Part shown: piece after piece, positions 51,214 to 61,212 of the stretch | Layout of the letters: every line of letters starts with the position of its first letter | Numbering within the stretch: position 1 is the stretch's first letter | DNA from: Leptogorgia sarmentosa | Lineage: Eukaryota | Direction of reading: 5' to 3' | DNA length: 64,000 bases | Assembly: GCA_964658305.1 (NCBI GenBank) | Contig: OZ210885.1 | Location: 23,746,001 to 23,810,000, forward strand | Made by a program: the position numbers and the translations under genes | Notes under the pieces: generated by a model | The model's input: only the letters and a program-made list of their open reading frames with translations | The model's database searches: none | What the model was told of the DNA's origin: nothing

Positions 51214-51891
51214 CAGGGCCGTTGCGAAGGGATGCCGATTGGGGGGGTGTTGAACGTCGATTTGCCGAGTAAAAATAAGGTGATATGCCGAGTTTTTTCG
51301 AAAGTGTAAACGATATATTAAATTTAACAATATAAGTATATGTCAATTCGTGGTAATTTCAGTGGCTAGTCTGTTCATGTCTTTTGCGGTAATCATCGTC
51401 AAAAACCGAATGACATTCCAGACACTCGAGTTTTATTCTTTTTCTTTTGGGTTTCGAACTGCTCATGACTCACGCGGTTTCTTGACGAAAGCAGTCGAAA
51501 CAGACAGCGTGGCTACCCGGTAGACTGTAGTAGCCTGAAAACGCGGGTTTCAAATTTCACTAACATTCACGAGACTTTACTGAAGTCCGAAGATGGGTGT
51601 AACCGTGTAAGGTTACAGACTTACAGTATCTTGTTTTTTTCGCTATCCTGTTTGCCGATTTGCCGAGGAAGTGAGACAACCGAGGTTTGCATAATTGCAT
51701 AAAATCCTTTTTTAATACAGATATGTCCATGCTATGTGTTGTGATTTTTAGTATTCAAGTCAACCATCTTCCCAGTTTAATATGCCGATTTGCCGATTCG
51801 TACAAACATAATTTGCAGACTTTTGCCGACTGGTCAAATTATTGGGGGGGGTGACGCACCCCCCCACACCCCCCCACTCGCTACGGCCCTG
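51214..51891. mobile_element. hAT-type MITE
   Basis: CAGGGCCGT...ACGGCCCTG termini; 8-bp TSD CTTGTTGT (51206-51213, 51892-51899). Confidence 0.9.
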
Positions 51892-52188
51892 CTTGTTGTT
51901 ATCTTTAGAGCCAAGTTCTTTATCCACTACATTTTCATCACATAAAAAATAGGATACATACACTCAGTACCAATGCTATTGTCAAAGATGCAAAATTTAA
52001 TTTTTAAATCCCCAGTCTGGCATATGCCACATGCATGCAACCAGGGGGGAATTTGAAATGTCAGCGAAGTTTATAAAAGTTGATCGATCTGAACTGTTGA
52101 CTATTGAGAACCCACATTACGTTGATTTCATTCGCGATAAGCCACATCTGGTGTTACAATAATCGACAGTGACAAGAGCAATCTGCTT

Positions 52189-53786
52189 GCTGTTGACGCG
52201 ATTCCAGGATCAACATGGAATCTAAGCTGTGAGTTGGCAATGATGTTGAACCAGTCGCAGAGCTCACTAAGATGGGTTGGATTGTGATGAGCGGAATTTG
52301 ACAGCAACACCATGCTACTCACTCAGACCTCCCAAAGTGATTACGAGAACTTATTTCTTATGGATGTATTAGAACTTAGAAAGTATGGTTCATGCTAAGT
52401 TTACGGAGCAACTAGTTCGTGGTGACGAAAGATGGTATGAAACTTAATTTCTGTGGTGTGGAAGTCATCCGGAGCTGCCGAATAACCAACGCCTTGAAGG
52501 CCTGACAAGAAGACTGCAGTTCTCAGAATACAACGAAATTATTCAGAACAAGCTTAAGGTGAATATTGCAAAACAACAGCTTGATTCAAGGGAAGAAGGA
52601 TCCAAGATTTTTGGCCTCAAGTGTGATAAAGTATGTTGTTCTGATCCTTCGGGCCTAGCAAAACTGACTAGACCCTTCATCAGCAGCTCAAAGTGCTACT
52701 GAAACGAAATTTTCGACCCCTTTTTTATTGTCTTATTCCAAAGAACTTTCTCTCCTGATTTCAAAACTGCAAACAGAATTCAAATTGGTCCATTTGAACA
52801 GATTTTACAGCCTTCCAAAGTTGCGATTTTGGGCTACTTCCGTCCGAACTTTTGCGTCGCCATTTTCATGCCGTGTGACGTCATAAGATGAACACATTCT
52901 CATCATGGCGTATAGAATTAATAGCGCAAAACGCGTTCGCGGAGGAAAACGTTGTGTTGCTGGCAGTCCTAGCTTAGTTAGCTGCGGCAATAATCAGCAC
53001 ACAGAAGGTATATTCATGTATCTGTTTCCTAACGCAGAAACAGATGCACAGAGCCGAAAAAAGTGGCTGTTGACGCGATTCCAGGATCAACATGGAATCT
53101 AAGCTGTGAGTTGGCAATGATGTTGAACCAGTCGCAGAGCTCACTAAGATGGGTTGGATTGTGATGAGCGGAATTTGACAGCAACACCATGCTACTCACT
53201 CAGACCTCCCAAAGTGATTACGAGAACTTATTTCTTATGGATGTATTAGAACTTAGAAAGTATGGTTCATGCTGAGTTTACGGAGCAACTAGTTCGTGGT
53301 GACGAAAGATGGTATGAAACTGAATTTCTGTGGTGTGGAAGTCATCCGGAGCTGCCGAATAACCAACGCCTTGAAGGCCTGACAAGAAGACTGCAGTTCT
53401 CAGAATACAACGAAATTATTCAGAACAAGCTTAAGGTGAATATTGCAAAACAACAGCTTGATTCAAGGGAAGAAGGATCCAAGATTCTTGGCCTCAAGTG
53501 TGATAAAGTATGTTGTTCTGATCCTTCGGGCCTAGCAAAACTGACTAGACCCTTCATCAGCAGCTCAAAGTGCTACTGAAACGAAATTTTCGACCCCGAA
53601 AAAAGTTGCTGTTGACGCGATTCCAGGATCAACATGGAATCTAAGCTGTGAGTTGGCAATGATGTTGAACCAGTCGCAGAGCTCACTAAGATGGGTTGGA
53701 TTGTGATGAGCGGAATTTGACAGCAACACCATGCTACTCACTCAGACCTCCCAAAGTGATTACGAGAACTTATTTCTTATGGATGT
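52189..53786 (+). repeat. Local triplication of a ~530-bp BEL remnant plus Kolobok left TIR (copies 52189-52720, 53066-53597, partial 53608-53786)
   Basis: Near-identical direct copies. The remnant encodes AELTKMGWIVMS, LLTQTSQSDYENL and WYETE(F)LW, homologous to the BEL at 42-43 kb. Confidence 0.9.
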
Positions 53787-55505
53787 AATCACGGCAAAAA
53801 TTCATGGGGAAATGCACGGGGGAAATTCCGTCCTCAAACATCGACCAGACTTTAGTGCCACTACAGGCTAGTGCTTTGTCCTGCCTGCTTTGATGATTCA
53901 TGCTTCGATATGAAGCGTATTTTTGTTAAAGAGAATAAGATTATAGAGAATAAACATAATAAATGAGTATATACATGTGATAATTAACTTCATAGTTCAT
54001 TTATTCAAATTTAAACTGGCAAGATAGCAAATAAAACAATATTGATATTTTATAAATATAAATGGAATAACAAGTAATAATATATACAGTAGATTATTTT
54101 ACCATATAATATATAGTAAATGTTTGTAACGACTTCTAAGCAACTACTAGAACACACTAAAATAATATATAAACATTGCTGGAAATAACTAGTGATAATT
54201 TATGTTCATACTTTTGCAGTGTAAGTGTATGCAAACAATCTGAAGTTATTCTGCTGCATGCCACATGTAATGTTTAGATAAATAAAGATGTAGTGATAAT
54301 GAATGAGTGCATGTACATCAAATCTTTAACACTGGTAACAATTCAGGTTTCTAAAACTAATTTTGGCAAAATGTATATCACAAGGAGAAACATCAAACAG
54401 CTCGGCATGCACAATCAAGCATTTTGCAGAATTTCAGCAATGCAATTACATAGCCAAGACTTGAATTGACTATTATTGCCTCTGCTAAGCTCGGATATAA
54501 CCCTTTTTATTGTCCACTATTTGATATTTATTCTTGATAAAATTATAAACACAGGCTGGAAGTGGTCTTGTGTTGTCCCATGCCAGCCGGCCACACATCC
54601 ACTTTATTCATCCACATGTGTAGGCAACAGCTCTTAAATATCTAAAAAAATAATGTTAGAGTTAGTGTACAGAATTTTCATGCACAATTGGTATGTGATA
54701 TCTATTATGTATATCCATGAAATTGGTATGTGATATGTATATAATATGAGTTATGAATCATCCAATAAAGCTTTAGTCTTGGGCCTGTTCCAGTAACAAA
54801 AAGAATATTACTGAGTTCAAACTATCCTTAGAAGACTGAGACAAATCCGCAATAAATAATCTGCTTGTCATGTTGGGCTTACTTAGCATAATATTACATT
54901 AAACATAAACAACGCAAATAAGGAGAACGTACCACTGTTCAATAGTGACTGTGCCGTCGCTTCTAGCTTCCAATGTTCACAGCAATATACCATCAGGATC
55001 TTCTACAACTTTTATATTTCCCCCTGGTTCTTGCAAAGGTTCGTCATCTTAGATATACTTGTGCGATGCTACGTGCAAAAAGACCCAGATGTGCTTTTAC
55101 CGCCATCTAAATCCGACGAAGTGTTTTGCCGTTTTCTGGTGAGCCGACACTGCTATTCCGCTCATTATTGGACATTTTTGCTCTGTATATTCTTACAATT
55201 ATATAACTTTTATCTTAAGTTCAGAAAACTTTTACATTCCGAAAAAAATCGAGAAAAGATCACGGACAATACCGCAAGCGCAATAGAATCTATAGAGAAA
55301 GCTTCGAGACGTGTTCATCTTATGACGTCACACGCGCCAATATGGCGGATCAAAAAGTTCGGATGCGAAGTCGCACTTTGAGGGCAAAATTAGTTATCTT
55401 GCAGTCAACGTACAGTGCTCATTTATATATCAAAATTCATCTAAAATCCTAAATATTGTTTAAAGCGGAAAAAAAAGGGATCGAAAATTTCGTTTCAGTA
55501 GCACT
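52692..55505 (+). mobile_element. Second Kolobok element, rearranged: THAP start on +, degenerate KolX on -
   Basis: TIR AGTGCTACTGAAACGAAATTTTCGA, flanked by TCAA and TTAA. RCVAG.P..VSC.N.....GI.M..FP...RKKW at 52905-53066. Minus strand DDEPL...EDPDGI....LEAR....W near 54930-55050 and YLRAVAY...WMCGRLAWDNTRPLPACVY near 54540-54640. Confidence 0.8.
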
Positions 55506-55639
55506 TTAACCACTTATAAACAATAAATACACACACAAAGTTCTGAAGTTTTTCGAGTTTTTATTGTAAAGAAAGAAAGGTAAGAAACAGTGTGCTTGCT
55601 GACGCCATCACACACTAAAAAGCCCCCGTTTCCTACAAA

Positions 55640-56148
55640 CAATTGATTACAGATCCAAAGTCTTACAGTTACTGCTCAAGGAAAACAGAAATAGTGCAAG
55701 GGATTCGAGGGTCAATACAGATACAGAGAGACAGTCAGCAGCAGTTTTCCAGTTCCAAGTCAATGTATTTTTGTGTATTATCGATAATGTCATTGCTGAG
55801 ATTAACCGATGGTTTAAAAGAATACATGATATCAACAACAAATTTCGCTTTTTATGGCAGTACCCCAACATTTCAGAAATGGATCTGTCAAAACAAGTTG
55901 CAGTCTTTGCTAAGGAATATAAAGACAATATTTCATCGTCATCGGAATTCACCGAAGAAATCCATTTCCTTAAAAGCATCCATAATGCTAACTTAAGTAA
56001 TAAAGCCAATTGCGATATTAAATAAGCTCCACACCTTAAACCTGCAGAGCTTATTTCCCAGTATATCGGTTTGGATTGTGGATTTTCCTAACGCTGCCCG
56101 TCGGAGTTGCAACAGCAGAAAGATCTTTCAGCAAACTAAAACTGATAA
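55640..56148 (+). pseudogene. hAT transposase C-terminal dimerisation-domain remnant
   Basis: IIDNVIAEIN.RF-like segment, LFP, IFLTLPVGVATAERSFSKLKLI. Confidence 0.8.
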
Positions 56149-57320
56149 ACAAAAGAACGTCGCTAAGGATTCGTCATCTAGTTGGGCTCCACTGGTATCC
56201 AACATGGCTGATAGAACATTGCGGACTGTTCGCATTTGTCTCTCCCAACTCCCACCCATATGGCTGGCACTTGGTACATTCATCTTGAATGTTATCCAAT
56301 CGCAATGACTCTTAAGCATTTCGGACGCAATCCTCCCATGATCTAGCTCCGACAAAGCATCTTTAAGTTCTCCTCTAGCGCCAATGAAATTGGTTCCTTG
56401 ATCACTTCTCAACTGACGTACAGGCCCTCGTCTACACACGAATCGGCGTAGGGCGTTGATGAAGGAATCGGTGCTCAGACTATGTGCGATCTCTAGGTGC
56501 ACAGCTCTTGACGCCAAGCAAGTGAAAAGGACGCCGTATCTCTTTAACTCTTTCCTCCTTTCTTTAATGATCCAGGGACCAAAATAGTCTACCGCTGCGT
56601 AAGTGAACGGAGGTGAGGGGTCAACGCAATCAATAGGCAGATCCGCCATCTTTTGTCCTTGTGTCGCTCCACGAAGCTTATGACATATCGTGCATTCAGC
56701 GATACACTTGGAAACGGCTGCAGTTCCTTGAACGATCCAGTAGCCATTGGATCTAAGCTCATTTAGGGTGATACCTCTACCTTGATGCTTCACGCTCTCA
56801 TGGAAACACCGGACAATCAGATAACTCATGTGATCCTTTTTGGGAAGGATGAGTGGAAATTTATGATCATCATTCAGATTAGCTCGTCGTAATCGACCAC
56901 CCACTCGGAGCATACGTCGTCATCCACAAAGGGATCAAGCTTATACAAACAACTTGTCTTACTAACTTGTGGATTCTGCCTAGGTCTTGGTCGCTCCGCT
57001 CTTGTAGAGGTTAACATCTCGATTTCTTTCTTGAATGCCCCTGCTTGAACAGCTTTGATAATCAACATCTCAGCCCGTTCCATCTCTTCTACTGTCAAAC
57101 TCTGTTTAGAAGTATGTTGTTGGTTGTAGATAATGAAGACACCACGCTACGGCCGTCTTTGCTCTATGCCAACTGGAAAAATATTGTAAACGACTAGGAA
57201 GCTCAGGATAAGAGGCATTGCTTTCTATGACAAATGATGAGGCTTTCTTTATTTCTGGATCGTCAGGCGGGAGCTCAAATTGCGTTGCTTTAGCACCGTC
57301 AATCGACGAGATTGGCCATT

Positions 57321-60192
57321 TAGGCTGTCAGCCACTCACCAGATTTTGACTTTTCGTTTCCCCCATGCAGAGACAACAATTTGACGAGTGCAAATTTTGC
57401 CTAAAAGCTTATAAGGTCGAATAACAAAATGTTGTAATCGATAACACCTGCAGTTTTGCCAAAAATTTGCTTTGAAATTTGATCATTTTCACATTGTATC
57501 ATTGCCATTTTTTCACGCATTTCCGAGCTGCGTGTGCCCTTGCGCATACCACAAAGCAGTGCTTCTATTGGAATTAAGGAAATTTGCAAGGAAATAAAAT
57601 ACAAGGAATAAAATTTGCAAGGAAATGGCAATGAATTTTGTTGTCAGGAAGGGAATAAGAGGGATAATACGTTATTTCTGATAAATCCTAAGATTACAGC
57701 AATTTGCTGCTAGTGCATGCAAAACCGGTTATAAGACTAAACGATGTGGTTGCAAGAAAGAAGACAAGATGACGATGATTTTTACCAGGAGGACGATATT
57801 GACATCGAATGATTGACATAAGACATAATCAAATCATAAGGCATAAATCATAATTAAGTCAATAAGACATAATCAAATCGTTTGCACGGATAAGAAATAA
57901 TTTGTTAAATTGTGTTTCAATCTTTCATACAAATGATGTACATAATTTTACCTTTCTTTAATACACAAGTGTTCGGCTAATGTTGCGTGTAATTTAGCAT
58001 TGTATCTGAATTGAAAACTTTGTGCCTGAAGAAATTACGTAGATTTCTTTCAGAATGGTATCAGCAAACTGCGAATATAATAAGATTAAAACTAACTTTT
58101 CGAAACACTAAAAAAACTACTATGAAGATAAAAACCTTACTAATTTGATCTTTATTTTGGACAAACTTTTGATGGATGTTAATTAACATGTTTATGAAAA
58201 CAATCGCTTGACATCGACACTGCGCTTAATTCTGTTGAGGCATAAATCTGCCTTCCTTTGATATGCATACTTGAACGCTCAATTGAAGGTATTACGACAG
58301 AAACATTTTACGTCTCTCCCGAAGAAACAGTCTCTCTAGAGGAGATTTGCTGTCCGAAAAATAAAGTTGCTACAGTTAAGTTGCTACTATTTACGGATAC
58401 AAACAGACTAAAAATGCTTACTCAGCATTTTCCCAAAACTTTGATCGGCAATATTTCAACAGCAATTGACCGTACGTGATTATCGTAATATAGTTTTTTT
58501 GAACATATGTGATGCTCTATCTGGCAGTATTGTCAAATTTTTGAATTTCCAAAATTTTTAGTTTTCTCATCTATGGATGACGTCATACATAGATAAAAGC
58601 AATTTTCTCGAGACTTGCATGTTTGCCGAAGTACAACATTGGTGTTTTACCATGGAAATGGATCCACTCAACATATAATGAAATCAAAATATGGTCTCCG
58701 TGGGGGGGAAACGAAACTTGCTTTCCAGCTTCATTCTCGTGAGTGGCTGACGGCCTAGGCTGTCAGCCACTCACCAGATTTTGACTTTTCGTTTCCCCCA
58801 TGCAGAGACAACAATTTGACGAGTGCAAATTTTGCCTAAAAGCTTATAAGGTCGAATAACAAAATGTTGTAATCGATAACACCTGCAGTTTTGCCAAAAA
58901 TTTGCTTTGAAATTTGATCATTTTCACATTGTATCATTGCCATTTTTTCACGCATTTCCGAGCTGCGTGTGCCCTTGCGCATACCACAAAGCAGTGCTTC
59001 TATTGGAATTAAGGAAATTTGCAAGGAAATAAAATACAAGGAATAAAATTTGCAAGGAAATGGCAATGAATTTTGTTGTCAGGAAGGGAATAAGAGGGAT
59101 AATACGTTATTTCTGATAAATCCTAAGATTACAGCAATTTGCTGCTAGTGCATGCAAAACCGGTTATAAGACTAAACGATGTGGTTGCAAGAAAGAAGAC
59201 AAGATGACGATGATTTTTACCAGGAGGACGATATTGACATCGAATGATTGACATAAGACATAATCAAATCATAAGGCATAAATCATAATTAAGTCAATAA
59301 GACATAATCAAATCGTTTGCACGGATAAGAAATAATTTGTTAAATTGTGTTTCAATCTTTCATACAAATGATGTACATAATTTTACCTTTCTTTAATACA
59401 CAAGTGTTCGGCTAATGTTGCGTGTAATTTAGCATTGTATCTGAATTGAAAACTTTGTGCCTGAAGAAATTACGTAGATTTCTTTCAGAATGGTATCAGC
59501 AAACTGCGAATATAATAAGATTAAAACTAACTTTTCGAAACACTAAAAAAACTACTATGAAGATAAAAACCTTACTAATTTGATCTTTATTTTGGACAAA
59601 CTTTTGATGGATGTTAATTAACATGTTTATGAAAACAATCGCTTGACATCGACACTGCGCTTAATTCTGTTGAGGCATAAATCTGCCTTCCTTTGATATG
59701 CATACTTGAACGCTCAATTGAAGGTATTACGACAGAAACATTTTACGTCTCTCCCGAAGAAACAGTCTCTCTAGAGGAGATTTGCTGTCCGAAAAATAAA
59801 GTTGCTACAGTTAAGTTGCTACTATTTACGGATACAAACAGACTAAAAATGCTTACTCAGCATTTTCCCAAAACTTTGATCGGCAATATTTCAACAGCAA
59901 TTGACCGTACGTGATTATCGTAATATAGTTTTTTTGAACATATGTGATGCTCTATCTGGCAGTATTGTCAAATTTTTGAATTTCCAAAATTTTTAGTTTT
60001 CTCATCTATGGATGACGTCATACATAGATAAAAGCAATTTTCTCGAGACTTGCATGTTTGCCGAAGTACAACATTGGTGTTTTACCATGGAAATGGATCC
60101 ACTCAACATATAATGAAATCAAAATATGGTCTCCGTGGGGGGGAAACGAAACTTGCTTTCCAGCTTCATTCTCGTGAGTGGCTGACGGCCTA
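57321..60192. mobile_element. Head-to-tail dimer (1435-bp period) of a non-autonomous Academ-type element
   Basis: Each unit runs TAGGCTGTCAGCCACTCAC...GTGAGTGGCTGACGGCCTA. One 3-bp TSD ATT (57318-57320, 60193-60195) flanks the pair. Each unit has a Cys-cluster remnant ACKTGYKTKRCGCKK (about 57715-57760 in unit 1). Confidence 0.85.
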
Positions 60193-60441
60193 ATTGTGAT
60201 TCGCTCTGCCAGAGGAAGTTAGGGCCATGTATCCACCTCGAACCATCGACCAGCTCTTGCATTCGAATTCCACGAGACGCATCATCAGCAGGATTTGACT
60301 TTGTATCCACGTAATGCCACTGATCTTGAGTTGTTCGTTCTTTTATCCGCTGGACCCTGTTTGCAACAAACACATGAAAACGCTTCGATTCGTTTCCTAT
60401 GTACCCGAGCACTACCTTGCTGTCAGTCCAGAAATGTTCTA

Positions 60442-61212
60442 CAGGGTGTATAAAAAAAAAGTTTACTCGCGAAAAATGTCTTTTAGGCCGAAGCGCACGC
60501 ACCCCATTGCAAACCATTGGTATATCTAAGTAGTTTGAGCCCTTCGGATACATCCTACACTAAAAGTTTGCAGAAAACGACCATTTTACGACTACGAAAA
60601 GTGTTATAAAAAGCCGTAGTAAAAATGGCTTGCGCGAAAAAATGTGAGGCGAAAAATGCAATTTGATTTGACAGCCTAAATCTATCGAACAAGTTTCATA
60701 AGTTATTCAAGTTTTGAGAAATTTGGTGCACGCTGAGACGAACGTGCGATGTCCGAAAACTGGATTTTCCGTAATTTCTTCGCGTAATTACGTACCTTTG
60801 GGAATTAGCTTCCAATTTGCATTGGTAATTAATGCAAATATCCAATTATGCATAAATTAATCGGTAATCACGCAGAAAAGAACGCAAAATCCAGTTTTCG
60901 GACATCGCACGTTCGTCTCAGCGTGCACCAAATTTCTCAAAACTTGAATAACTTATGAAACTTGTTCGATAGATTTAGGCTGTCAAATCAAATTGCATTT
61001 TTCGCCTCACATTTTTTCGCGCAAGCCATTTTTACTACGGCTTTTTATAACACTTTTCGTAGTCGTAAAATGGTCGTTTTCTGCAAACTTTTAGTGTAGG
61101 ATGTATCCGAAGGGCTCAAACTACTTAGATATACCAATGGTTTGCAATGGGGTGCGTGCGCTTCGGCCTAAAAGACATTTTTCGCGAGTAAACTTTTTTT
61201 TGATACACCCTG
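60442..61212. mobile_element. Palindromic (foldback) Tc1/mariner-type MITE
   Basis: CAGGGTGTAT...ATACACCCTG ends, TA TSD, ~327-bp near-perfect arms. Removal restores the BEL frame ELEYGNII-EHFWTDS. Confidence 0.95.

Noticed and set aside
57401..59914. Duplicated 76-aa and 73-aa ORFs as a small two-gene system
   Set aside because: These are short, motif-less ORFs duplicated only because the element is a dimer.
57319..60193. Reading the dimer as GG-ended elements with TA or TWA target duplications (Tc1- or Zator-like)
   Set aside because: The flanks TTA and TAA are not a direct repeat, and leaving one TA shifts the host BEL frame. Only TAG..CTA ends with an ATT TSD restore ESQWP.
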